Assembly: GCF_963921235.1 (NCBI RefSeq) | Contig: NC_086107.1 | Span: forward strand, 106,022,001-106,086,000 | DNA length: 64,000 nt | Origin: Mobula hypostoma | Taxonomy: Eukaryota | Reading direction: 5' to 3' | In this document: piece by piece, positions 24,958-37,263 of the stretch | Layout: the number at the start of each line of letters is the position of its first letter | Numbering within the stretch: the stretch's first letter is position 1 | Notes under the pieces: model-generated | Told to the model about the DNA's origin: nothing | Database searches by the model: none | The model's input: the letters and a program-made list of their open reading frames with translations, nothing else | Translations under genes and position numbers: made by a program

Positions 24958-25126
24958 AATTACTGAAGTCAAGCATGCCATAAAGCTTTTTCTCCACCCT
25001 GTCTACCTGCATCACCGCTTTCAGGACTTTGAGGAAGGGAGCCCTGGGGAGTTGAAGTCATTCAGAGCCTGGCCCGGAGTGAAAAGGCTGAGAGGCTCGA
25101 GTGATGTCGATCTGTTTGACTCCTAC

Positions 25127-25262
25127 CTGCTGGAGAAGGCTTTTCTTCTCTGTTACTGTCCTCTCCCTCGGCTTCTCCTTGTTGGCCAGAGTCCTGGGCG
25201 GGGAGATCACCTCCAGCCCTGAGGAAGAGCAGAACGAAGAGGAACAGGGAGCAGGAGGTCAT
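25127..25262 (-). CDS. ERP27: ERP27-like coding exon 1 (signal peptide + acidic linker)
   Basis: ATG at 25262-25260. Translates MTSCSLFLFVLLFLRAGGDLPAQDSGQQGEAEGEDSNREEKPSPA+G, with a hydrophobic signal-like core. Donor GTAGGA; phase 1 matches exon 2 (G|AT = Asp). Confidence 0.8.
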
Positions 25263-25356
25263 TTTGAGTGGCCACTCAGACAACACAAACACACACACAC
25301 ACACACACACTCACACACAAGCAGAACGCTAGCTGGAGCCTGCTGAGCTCTCTGCC

Positions 25357-25431
25357 TGACGTGTGGCTGAATTATAATGCTGGCACCAAAGAAATCTTGA
25401 CCTTGGAGCAGGTGTGGGAACAGGGCAGGTG
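25357..25431 (-). promoter_or_regulatory. Putative ERP27 proximal promoter: PTF1-type E-box/TC-box, TATA-like and UPRE-like motifs
   Basis: Minus strand CACCTG-CCCTG-TTCCCA-CACCTG (25431-25409), ATTATAAT (25371-25378) and TGACGTGTGG (25357-25366), all within 170 bp upstream of the ATG. Confidence 0.5.
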
Positions 25432-27749
25432 CCGGGCTGATTCTCACCGGCAGCGTACACAACGCTCGCCATCATGACACTCATTTGTTGAGTTTTTTTT
25501 CCAAATGCCTGCGACTTAGTGGTGAAAAAACATCAGGACGGCGAGAACCTCAAACTGAAACAGGAACTGCGGGCCCCAAGATTGAGACAAAGGGTTGACC
25601 GTGGCCCGGCAGAGCGCTAAGTAAGAGTTCAATCCAAGTCCCGTTCCTGACTGGAATCCCAATTCTGATCCAGCTCCAGCTTTTGATTGAGATCCAGCTC
25701 CAATCCAGTCCTGCTCCTGATCCAGGCCGGTTTGTGCTAAGAATCCCTCGGTGTGCGCAGCATGAAATATTGATATGCATAAATAAATATTCATTGGTTT
25801 ATTTATCTGCTTTAAAGTTAGCAATGTACTATGGTGACATTTAGAAGTATAGACATAGAGAGTTATTCAGGCATCATTTCAATGCCAGGTCTTTTTTAAA
25901 GAGTCCCAATTAGTCAGACTTTCCCCTCCTTTCCCCCAGAGCCCTGCAGATTTTCCCCAGCAACTACGAATCCAAATTCCACTTCTGGAAGTTCCTCTTG
26001 AACTTGTTTCCACTGCACCATTAGACAGCGTGACCTGCATCACAACAGCTCGTTACCTGCGTGAAAATTTCTCATCTCTCCTCTAATTCCTCCGTATTAC
26101 CCTTCTTTGGTTCCCAGTGGAACCACCCTCCCTTTACGTACCCTGACAATCTCCGGAGATTTTCATGGTACTTTCCCACATGAGCACCCACTCGGTTCAG
26201 AGTATGTGAGTCTGACAAGGGACAGAGGTAATGGCAGACACAAGAGCAAACACACACACAGTACAAGTGACCCAGGTTCAATTCCCACCTCTGCCTGTAA
26301 GAAGTTTGTATGTTCTTTGTATGTGACTGCGTGGGTTTCCTCTGGGTGCTCCGGTTTGCTCCCACAGGCTAAGGATATAGGTTAGTTGGTCATTGTAAAT
26401 TGTCCTGTGACTAGGCCAGGATTAAATGGGGGGATTGCTGGGTGGTGTGGCTCGAGGGTCTGGAAGGGCTTATTCTGCGCTGTATCTCAATAAATAAAAT
26501 ATAAACTCACACACGTGTGCGTGACTCCGAAATGGGAGACAGGCAGAAATATAGACAACAGGAACACAGAGACAAAAACACACAGACACATACCCATACA
26601 TGCACACGAACTGATATTCAGATTGTACTGACAATGGTCTAATGGTCCACCGTGGCTTTGATTGGACCTAAATTAAAGCTACATGATATGATTCATGTCC
26701 CTCCCCAACCCCCTCTCCCAGTACAGCTTCAACTCGATTTGACCAAGACTTCGGTCCAGTGATCCGGGACTTAGAACGAGTGTCATTTACCGCCGTGCCC
26801 TGTAAACTACGGGACACTGCTTGAGTTCTCTTTGTATGCCACATCCGGGCAGTGCAGTCACGAAGAAGGCACACCAGTGGCTCAATTGCGTTCAGAGTTG
26901 GAGGAGATTTGTCACCATAGACTCGTGCAAATTTCTACAGATGTACAGCAGAGAGCATCCTGTCTGGTTGCGTCATCAGCATGTTTGGAGGCTCCGGTGT
27001 GCAGGGATCGCAGGAGGCTGCAGAGGGTTCTGGACTCACCACGCCCCATCACAGGCACAACACTCCCCGCCATCAAGGTCACCTTCAAGAAACAGTGCCT
27101 CGAGGAGGTGGCGTCGGTCACAAAGGACCCTCACCATCGGGGACATGCCCCCTTCTTCTTGCCAGCATCAGGGAGGAACCAGAAGCCTGAAGACCTACAG
27201 GCTTCTTCCTCTCGGCCACCAGCTTTCCGAACGGTCCCTGAATCCATGAGCACGACCTCATTATTCCTTTTTATTCTGCACTAACTGTAATTTATAGTAA
27301 TTTTACGTCCTTGTACTGTACTGCTGCCATAAAACAAGTTTCCCATCAGGTGCGACACTGATGATAAACCCGATTCCGAGTGAGGAAGATGAAACTGCAT
27401 TTCCATCCTTCTGGTCGGGGGGAGCTGTATTTGGACGCACCTGCTCCCCTCACCTTGAACCAGCCCCCAGCCCACTTTAATAGATCAATAACTAATGCAA
27501 AGGGTGGTGGGGTGGAGATACGTCTCCACCAAAGGAGGTGTAAGATGCTTTTTCCAGCCACTAGCCTGCAGGTCACTGTTGGGCAAGGTGTAGCACTGCT
27601 TAGCCCCCCCTCAACCCCCGATCTGGTCACGTGAAGCCATATGAGCCGGTGGTTGATGGTCATATGAGCAGCCAGTGCATATCACAAATCCTGGTTATGC
27701 GACCACTGACGCCAGGCGGACGATCTCTGAGAAGTATTGATGATGGCTG

Positions 27750-28145
27750 AGTTGAGCTGTTCTCTGATCGTGGCAATTTTACTTGCAAACGTCTTGTCAC
27801 CATGCGAGGAGGCATCGTCAGTACGCTGTTGATTGTGGTGTGCCCTCCGAATGCTTGGCCTTTATATACTTATCGATAAGCTGGTCGGATATCTTTTTGG
27901 AGGCTCATTTGTGATATGGGGAGGAATTCCCGTCGTTGACTGGCTGAGTGGCAAACTTTGTGCGTCGTGGTCTGGAATTTTGCCTGCATCGGCTCATACA
28001 TAGAATCGAGGTCCGCGAGTTTGTTTACAGAACTGTTTGCGGAAAAACACGCTTCTAGGAGTTCTCTTGCATACCTCATACTCACTTGCCCAGTAACTTT
28101 CACTGATGGCCAGTCGAGCTTGTGCTCCTCTCGATCTTCACGGGT
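27750..28145 (-). mobile_element. 3' fragment of a second Penelope-like clade (Poseidon-like) nested in a SINE-like repeat
   Basis: EEHKLDWPSVKVTGQ...ARELLEACFS...SVNK resembles a PLE GIY-YIG C-terminus. Degenerate CTGACGA hammerhead core near 27790-27825. Host sequence TGATGATGGCTG / TGATAACGGCTG is duplicated on the two sides. Confidence 0.6.
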
Positions 28146-29719
28146 ACTGATAACGGCTGGGGTCACCTGTCTTGTACAGACACTGCCCAGAAGAAGGCAA
28201 TGGAAAACCAATTCCGTAGAAACATTTGCCAAGAACAATCATAGTCATGGAAAGACCATGGTCACCCATGTCATAAGACACAGCACATAATGATGATGTC
28301 ATATGACATGGCACTTAACGATGATGTCATGTGACATGGGACATAATGATGATGTCATTTGACAAGGGACATAATGATTATGAGGAACTAACTCAGAATT
28401 TGATACATTTTCAGTATTTAATTTTACATTGATGTATGCTGTCCGGCTCATCCTTTATCAGATTCTCTTACCCCCCAACGACATTAGATGTAATGTACAA
28501 GAGCCCAAGTCCATTAACCATGGGTGCCATGGTAGTGTAGCGGTTAGCGCGACACTATTACAGCTCAGGGTGTCGGAGTTCAGAGTTCAATTCCAACGTC
28601 ACCGGTAAGGAGTTTGTACGATCTCCCTGTGGAATGTGTAGGTTTTCTCTGGGTCCTCTGGTTTCCTCCCAAATACTGGTTAGTAGGTTAATCGGTCATT
28701 GAAAATTGTCCCATCAACAGGCTAGGGTTAAAATCAGGGGTTGCTGGGAAGTATGGCTTGAAGGGATGGAAAGAACTATTCCGTGTTGTATCTCTAAATG
28801 AAATTAATTACATATAGATAGATAGGTAGAGAGACAGACTGACTGTCAGCCATTTTCAGAACATGGGAGAAAGGGGAAAAACCACCGTGGTCACAGAGAC
28901 AGCGTGCAAACTCCACACAGACAGTGCCAAAGGCTGGGATTGAACCGGGTCTCCGGAACCGCCAGGTAGCAGTGCAACCAGCTGCACCACTCTGCCACAA
29001 AATATTTTATCTTCTCATGAAAGCTCACCAAAATGAAACAATAACCTTTCTTTCTTTCTCCATGGATGCTGCCTGGCTTGCTGAGTACTTTTGACTCTTC
29101 CTGATGTTATTCCTGAATTCTCATCGCTCCTGGGAGAACGATCCCAGCTTTGCCGGTCTCTCTTTACCAACGCCTCTCAACCAGGCAGACTTCCAATGTA
29201 ACACACACACAAAGTGCCGGAGGAATTCAGCAGGTCAATCCCCAGAGAGGAATAAGCGGTTGATTTTTCCAGCCGACACCTGATGAAATGTTGACAGTTT
29301 GTTCATTTTCATAGATGCTACCTGACTTGCTGAGTTCCTCCAGCATTTTGTGTGTCACAGACACCAGAAAATCTGCAGATGCTGGAAATCTAGAGCAACG
29401 CACATGAGTAGCCTCCAAATTTCTTTTCGTTGTCGCTATTTTGTGTGATTTTGATTGGGGTGGATTGCAGCCTGAGTTAACGAGCAGCACAGCGCAAGAT
29501 TGAACTGAACTATTGAGCTAAACTGAATATGTCCGGCCTCCTTTCAATGACTTTGGGGGCTGCTTTTTTATTTTCTGTGGTTTTTGCTCGTTTTTTTGTC
29601 CGTTTGCACAATTCTTTTTCCTTGCGCATTGGGGCTTTGATGGAATGGGGTTTCTTCCTTTGTTTTCCTGGCTGCCTGTGGGAAAGTCGAATCTCAGGGT
29701 TGTATACTGCATACATAAA

Positions 29720-30030
29720 TAAAGGCATCCATTAGTCTTGCGAGACCATGGACCTGCGCCTGGAAAGTCTTCACTCTCCAGTGCGCAGGCCTGGGCAAGA
29801 TTGTATGGAAGACCAACAGTTGCCCATGCTGCAAGTCTCCCCTCTCCACGACACCAATGTTGTCCAAGGGAAGGGCAAGGGCCGATACAGCTTGGCACCA
29901 GTGTCGTCGCAGAGCAATGTGTGGTTAAGTGCCTTGCTCAAGGACACAACACGTTGCCTCGGCTGGGGCTCAAACTCACGACCTTCAGGTCGCTAGTCCG
30001 ATGCCTTAACCACTTGGCCACGTGCCCACA
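29720..30030 (-). mobile_element. tRNA-derived SINE (same family as 440-750)
   Basis: Direct sequence similarity over about 310 bp. Confidence 0.8.
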
Positions 30031-30309
30031 CACTGCATACATACTTTGATAATAAATGTACTCCGAATCTTTGAAAACCTGGATGGTATGAATATCGGTT
30101 TCCCCTTCCAGGAAAACAAAATCCATCCCCTTCCCCTCTTCTTCAATTCTCCACTTTAGCCCCTTACCTCTTCTCACCTGCCTATCACCTCCCCCTGGGT
30201 GCCCTCCTCCTCCTCTTTCTCCTATCAGATACCTTCCTCTCCAACCCCCCCCCCCCCCACCGGCTTCATCTACCACCTACCGAGTCCTTCTTCCCTCCCC
30301 CAACCTTTT

Positions 30310-30838
30310 ACATAGAACATAGAACATAGAATAGTACAGCACAGTACAGGCCCTTTGGCCCACAATGTTGTGCCGACCCTCAAACCCTGCCTCCCATATA
30401 AGCCCCCACCTTAGATTCCTCCATATACCTGTCTAGTAGTCTCTTAAACTTCACGAGTGTATCTGCCTCCACCACTGACTCAGGCAGTGCATTCCACGCA
30501 CCAACCACTCTCTGAGTAAAAAACCTTCCTCTAATATCCCCCTTGAACTTCCCACCCCTTACCTTAAAACTACGTCCTCTTGTATTGAGCAGTGGTGCCC
30601 TGGGGAAGAGGCGCTGGCTATCCACTCTATCTATTCCTCTTATTATCTTGTAAACCTCTATCATGTCTCCTCTCATCCTCCTTCTCTCCAAAGAGTAAAG
30701 CCCTAGCTCCCTTAATCTCTGATCATAATGCATACTCTCTAAACCAGGCAGCATCCTGGTAAATCTCCTCTGTACCCTTTCCAATGCTTCCACATCCTTC
30801 CTATAGTGAGGTGACCAGAACTGGACACAATACTCCAG
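30310..30838 (-). mobile_element. CR1 LINE 3' fragment nested in a PLE-derived repeat
   Basis: LEYCVQFWSPHYRKDVEALERVQRRFTRMLPG... with a (CATAGAA)n tail. Confidence 0.9.
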
Positions 30839-31311
30839 GTATTCCAGCATCTTCCTTCTTCCTTTCCAGTCCAGAAGAAGGGTCTCAGCCCAAGACGTTG
30901 ACTGTTTATTCACTTCCACAGATGCTGCCTGATCCATCGCATTCCTCCAGCATTTCGTGTGTGTTCCTCTGGACCTCCAGCATCGCGGAGTCTCTTGTGT
31001 TTAAAATTTCCCCTGTGCTCTATTTGGAAACCGTGAAGGACATTCACACTTAACAACTAAGGCAGGTTTAAAAACAGCAGAATGAAAGAGATAAAGGAAG
31101 AAAGATCCAGTTTATTGAAAAATATTTCCTCAGATAATAGATGGTGGAGCCACAGTAACAGTAACATTGTGAGCTGTTCGGAACTTACAAAGCCTCAGGG
31201 TGCTCAGCAAAGGCCTGCTCTGTGCCTGAAGGGAGTCTGGAAGGGGCAAGGAAATGTGGCTCACTGCCTGCGAGGCCAATCACATCATCATGGGCTTGAC
31301 AGAATCTCCCT

Positions 31312-31650
31312 ACAGGGTGGAGAGGGGCAGAGGGGGGGAGGAGTGGAGAGGGGGGGAAGAGTGGAGGTGGGAGGAGTGGGGGGGAGGTGTGGAGGGGGGA
31401 GTAGAGGGGTGGAGGGGAAGGGGGAGGGGTAGGGGTGGGGTGGAGGGGAGAGGGGAAACGGAGAGGAGGGAGACAGGGGGTGGGAGAGGAGGAGTGGGAG
31501 AGGGGGAGAGGAGGAGGGGGAGGAGTAGAGGGGAGAGGGGAAAGGGAGTGGGAGAGGGAGAGTGGGGGGGAGAGAGAGGAAGGAGAGGAGTGGAAGGATG
31601 GAGGGAGAGGAGTGTTGAGGGAGAGTGGGGAGAAGAGGAAGAGGGGAGAT
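31312..31650. repeat. Low-complexity polypurine (G/A) tract
   Basis: About 340 bp of mostly G/A. Confidence 0.95.
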
Positions 31651-31919
31651 CACCTGGAGACAAAACCCCACTGGAGAACCTCCTGTCGCACGAGATGCTG
31701 GTGTGAATCTATATCATGAAGTGAGAATTCGCCGAGATCGCGAGGAATGCGTGAACCTGCACACTAACCCCACCCAGCACAGACCGCACAATGTGGAGCT
31801 GTACAGCTGAGCTGATGCATCAGCAGATACAGTGCGTGAGATCTGGCTGAGAACTGTCCGAGAAGGAGCTCCCGATCGCCAGTGGATAAATCAGGACGCT
31901 CTGCGTGGGCTCCAGTCAC

Positions 31920-32134
31920 TCACTCTGCATCAGGAATCTCAGCCCAGTCCTTCTGGAGACAGAGGAGTCATCCACAGTTCATGTGTTCAGTCTTGTCGTC
32001 ATCGATGAAGTTCAATTTCATGGTGTAGTTGCCGCGAGATGGGAGCCCCTTGGGAGGGTCTCCCTTCGAAGACACAAACTCATACTCCTCCATCCATGGA
32101 CCGTAGCTGCCCATCATGAAAACTGCCTTTTCCA
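31920..32134 (-). pseudogene. ARHGDIB: Rho GDP-dissociation inhibitor (ARHGDIB-like) last coding exon with premature TGA
   Basis: Acceptor TCTCTCTCAG, phase 1. (V)EKAVFMMGSYGPWMEEYEFVSSKGDPPKGLPSRGNYTMKLNFIDDDKTEHMNCG*LLCLQKDWAE aligns with the RhoGDI C-terminus [20 protein letters not shown]...[22 protein letters not shown]. TGA is at 31970-31968. Lies next to ERP27 on the same strand, as in human. Confidence 0.75.
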
Positions 32135-35100
32135 CTGAGAGAGAGAGAAATAACTGACATTTCTGTAGCAACATTCACAGGGGCAGGGGCTTCACCTTGT
32201 GGAAAAGTGAACAACCAGCTAGCACATAGGAAGAATTTTTTTTTAAAACCTGCACATACTGGAAATCTGAAACAGGAACAGAAAATGCAGGAAATGCTCG
32301 GCAGGTCAGTCTGCCTCCGTGGGAAGAGGACCCGTTAGGCATCTCCACCATTTTCTGTTTCCATCTTAGCGCATTGGGAGGCTCTGCGATCAGCAGCTCA
32401 GAATGAACTGCTGGGGGAACTCAGCGGGTCGAGCAGCATCCGTAGGAGGTAAGGAATCGTCAATGTTTCAGGTAAGGGAGCAGCAGAATATGAGACCGGA
32501 TGCTCCAGCAAAGGACCCTGAGAATGGCTGAGAGGATCTTAGCAGACTCCCTACCAACCATTGGGGACATTTATCAGGAGCCCTTAGCCCTTAGTATTAT
32601 TAAGGACTGTGCTGGCGCGTTGCCAGGTGGTTAAGGCGTTGGACTAGTGATCTGAAGGTCGTGAGTTCAAGCCTCAGCTGAGGCAGCGTGTGGTGTCCTT
32701 GAGCACTTAACCACACATTGCTCCTGCACGTTTATAGCCCAGAGGCGGCGGTTGGCGCAGTATGGACAAGACAAGACAAGGATCCCACCCATCCATCCAG
32801 CATCCTCTTTGACTTTCTACCATCAGGCAGGAGACTCCGATACATAAAGACAAGAACGGTCAGGAAGGGAAGCAAGGCCATTAGGATTCTGAGCTCTCTG
32901 CCGCATCATCTTCGATGTGTCACCAGATAATCTATACTCTACCCGGCAATATTTAATTTATGCACTTTACTTTGCTTATCTGTGGATAATTCATTTGTAG
33001 ATTTAATTCTTAATTGTCTAAGTTATTGTGGGTTATGTGTACAACTGTGCTTTACATCCTGGTCTGGAGAAACTTTGCCTCATTTGGTGGTATACCTGTA
33101 GATAGTTAAATGACAATAAACTTGAGTTGAATTTGAAAACCCCGCATCAGGGGCCCGAAACATTGACAATTCCTTTCTTCCCATATTAGTCATTGCCTCC
33201 CTGGGAAAAGAAGTGCTGGTTGTCCACTCTAGCTCTGTCTCTTATCCTCTTATACACACCTCTATAAAGTCACTCTCACCCTCCTTCGCTCCAAAGAGAA
33301 AAGACCTCGCCTGACTTTCCTCACAAGACACGTTCTCTAATCCAGGCAGCATCCTTGTAAATCTCCTCTGCACCCTCTCTAAAGCTTCCAAGTCTTCCCT
33401 ATAAATGAGTGGACCAGAATGGAATGTGGTCAAACAGCAACACTTTGCACCTGTCAGGGTTAAATCCCAGGAGGAAGGGACTGATGGGATGTTCCCCTTG
33501 GAGTTAGCATGCGCTCGAGTTGAATAGTCTGTCAGGGGTTTCCAACCTGGGTCCACAGACTCCTTGCTTAATGGTATTGGTCCGTGGATAAAAAAGGCTG
33601 TGAACCCCTGGTCTTAGTCATAATAAGAGTTTAGAAGAATGAAGGGAGACCTCAACGAAGCATTTAAAAAAGGATTGACAGATTGGGTGTGGTGTGAAAT
33701 GCACTAAGGATTTCCAAGGCCTTGTGATATCGTTTGAGCATAAGGGATCCAGCTGTTTAGGTCTGAGATGGGGGAAAATGCCTTCATCGAGAGGGTGGTG
33801 ATGTGGCCCATGAAGGAATTAAACCATCGAACTGGAATGAGTCGAGACAGTGCGAGTAGACAAACCAAGTGTCTTTGCTCTTGACACCATTTTGTGTTGC
33901 AACCTCCATTTTGTGAACTGCATTTACTCAGGAATAGCTAGATCAAAGTACTTAAAAGTGGACGCAATGAGGCCTCTGCTGATAATCTGCTGAACTAGAG
34001 ATAATTCCCAACTAAGAGGCTGTTTGTGAGATGTTTCTTGGTAAGATAGAACATGCAGGTTTATGAGTAGGGCAGTCTGTGCCTGTAACATGAGGTAGGT
34101 AGCCTGAGCCTAGCAGTGATAATCCTGCTGAACTGCTCCGATTCAGGGAGAACAAAGAAAGAGGCATTAATTACGAGTCATTATTAATTACGAGTCATTA
34201 CTTGTGAGAAGGGCAATAAAATAACCTGCTATGTTCCTCCAGCACTTTGTGTGCATTCAAGATTTCCAGCATCCGCAGAATCTCTTGTGTTAATAAAATA
34301 ATTCTGTCTTGGACCAGAGCTAATGAAAAGCTGGTGCACATTAGCTGGTTAGGCCAGTGAGATTGGTACACAACAGTTTGAATTGATAAGGGAAGAGAGT
34401 AAGAAAGAGTGGCTTCGGGCGCAAAGCCATGAGAGCTCTGGAGACTAACCGTTGCAACGAAGATCCCTTGCCAGGGGTGGGTGAAGGAGGATCAATCATT
34501 TGGCCTGTGTTTGAAACTGGAGAGGTGGTCAGAGTGAGTATGGCCACAAAGGGAACAACAGCGTCTACAACTTAAATCACTGGCCTGGGGTCGACATGGT
34601 TACGTTGATATTTGTGTAGGGACAATGAAGTGCGAACGCTGGGCAACGGTAGCCTCGCGGTTAGCGCAACACTTTTGCAGCCCGGGGCGCTCCAGCGTTC
34701 AGAGTTCAATTCCGGCGCCACCTGTAAGGAGTTTGCATGTCCTCCCCATGACATCGAGGGTTTCCTCTGGGGGCTTCTTTTCCCTCTCACAGCCCAAAGC
34801 CGCAATGATTAGCAGGTTAATTGTAAATTGTCCTGTGATGAGGCTCGTGTTAAATCAGTGGGTTGTTGGGCCAAAAGGAGGCCTCTTCTGTGCTGTATCT
34901 CTAAATTAATTCATTAAGAGTTGTGTAGTGAGTTGCCTAACTGAGGTCGGTTTGAGATAGGTCAACAGGGCACCTTTGGAATTTTCTATCCCAGGGGTCT
35001 GTGGGGGCTTTGCCACTGAGTTCATTCAAAACAGAGGTTTCTGGATACAGAGCAAGCCAAGGGATATGGGAAAGGCAGGGAAACTCCCTGGATATTGATG

Positions 35101-35139
35101 ATTGGCAGAGCAGGCTCGAGGGACCTGGCTCACATTTCT

Positions 35140-35965
35140 TAGCAACACACTCAATATGTTGGAGGAACTCAGCAGGTCAGGCACTTTCTATGGAAGTGAA
35201 TAAACAGTCTATGTTTCGGGCCGAGACCCTTCTTCAGGACTGAAATGGAAGGGGGAAGATGCCAGAATGAAAAGGTGGGGAGTGGGGAAGGAGGCTAGCT
35301 GGAAGGTGATGGGTGAAGCCAGGTGGCTGGGAAAGGTCAAGGGCTGGAGAAGAAGGAATCTGATAGGAGGGGAGAGTAGACCACAGGAGAAAGGGAAAGA
35401 GAAGGGGACCCGGGGGAAGAAATAGGCAGGTGAGAAGAGGTCAGGGTGTGGAATAGAGAAAGTGGAGAGGGGGGTGGGAAATTTTTTACTGGAAGGGGAA
35501 ATCAATATTTGTGCCATCGGTTTGAACGCTGTCCAGATGGAATACAAGGTGTTGCTCCTAAGGGCGGCCTCATCTTGGCACAAGTCAAAATGGGAATTGG
35601 TGTTGGAATTAAAATGTCCGGCCACCTGGAAGTTCTGCTTGTGGCGGGTGGATCTGAGGTACTCGACAAAACAGTCCCCCAATTTACGACGGGTCTCACC
35701 AATGTACAGGAGGCCGCAGTGGGAGCACCGGAAGCAATAGACGACCCCAGAAGATTCGAAGGTGAAGTGTTGCCTCACCCAGAAGGACTGTTTGGGTCCC
35801 TGAATGGAGGTGTACGGTCAGGTGTAGCACTTAGGCCATTTGCAAGGAAAAGTGCTTGGAGGGAGACCAGCAGGGAGGGACGAACAGACAAGGGAATCGT
35901 GGAGGGAGCAATCCCCGCAGAAAGCAGAGAGGGGTAGGGAGGTAAAGATATGTTTAGTGGTAGGA
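35140..35965 (-). mobile_element. Older Penelope-like fragment (GIY-YIG)
   Basis: ORF 35209-35778 reads HFTFESSGVVYCFRCSHCGLLYIGETRRKLGDCF. Confidence 0.85.
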
Positions 35966-36473
35966 TATCTTAGATTGTTTTCTTACAATCTTATGATAAG
36001 TACAGGAACACCAGGAAAATATTCAATGAGAGCTGTATCAGTCTAGAAGTCATAAACCAAGGTTAATAACACACTGTTAATGTCCTCCAAGTGGACCACA
36101 ACCCTGTAGTAGGGTTTGGAGGCTTGTGTGCCTCAATGACCGGGAGAGCTCTGTTGGCTGGAGTCAGGGCTTTGGCTCTTGGTAGGGTCACCAATGCAAA
36201 ACAGGTCAAAGGGTAGAGGTCAGACTAAGAGTGGTCCACCGGTCTTCCAGGTTCAGGGGTTCAGCTCAGGGCTGACAACCCAGACTGATCAAACAAATTT
36301 GTTACGGAAACAGCGATGAAGAATCCTTCTACATCTGAGCGTGACAGTATTCCTCAGTCTCCACCCGGGACTCGCATGACTGACAGTAGTGAAAATGGAG
36401 AGGAAGCTTCTGACACGGTGAAGGAAGCCAGAGATGGAGAACATTCACTGCTGCCGTAAACAGCAGCGGCATT

Positions 36474-37263
36474 ACATAGAAACATAGAAACATAGAAAAT
36501 AGGTGCAGGAGTAGGCCATTCAGCCCTTCGAACCTGCACCGCCATTTATTATGATCATGGCTGATCATCCAACTCAGAACCCCGCCCCAGCCTTCCCTCC
36601 ATACCCCCTGATCCCCGTAGCCACAAGGACCATATCTAACTCACTCTTAAATATAGCCAATGAACTGGCCTCAACTGTTTCCTGTGGCAGGGAATTCCAC
36701 AGATTCACCACTCTCTGTGTGAAGAAGTTTTTCCTAATCTCGGTCCTAAAAGGCTTCCCCTTTATCCTCAAACTGTGACCCCTTGTTCTGGACTTCCCCA
36801 ACATCGGGAACAATCTTCCTGCATCTAGCCTGTCCAATCCCTTTAGGATTTTACACGTTTCAATCAGATCCCCCCTCAATCTTCTAAATTCCAACGAGTA
36901 CAAGCCCAGTTCATCCAGTCTTTCTTCATATGAAAGTCCTGCCATCCCAGGAATCAATCTGGTGAACCTTCTGTGTACTCCCTCTATGGCAAGGATGTCT
37001 TTCCTCAGATTAGGGGACCAAAACTGCACACAATACTCCAGGTGTGGTCTCACCAAGGCCTTGTACAACTGCAGTAGTACCTCCCTGCTCCTGTACTCGA
37101 ATCCTCTCGCTATAAATGCCAGCATACCATTCGCCTTTTTCACCGCCTGCTGTACCTGCATGCCCACTTTCAATGACTGGTGTATAACGACACCTAGGTC
37201 TCGTTGCACCTCCCCTTTTCCTAATCGGCCACCATTCAGATAATAATCTGTTTTCCTATTTTC
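36474..37263 (-). mobile_element. CR1 LINE 3' fragment (young)
   Basis: Intact RT C-terminus LYKALVRPHLEYCVQFWSP...FFTQRVVNLWNSLP with an (ATAGAAAC)n tail. Confidence 0.92.

Noticed and set aside
31680..31970. Selenocysteine recoding of the RhoGDI TGA
   Set aside because: The codon aligns to Trp, not Cys, and I saw no SECIS-like ATGA..AA..GA arrangement in the 240 nt downstream (checked by eye only).
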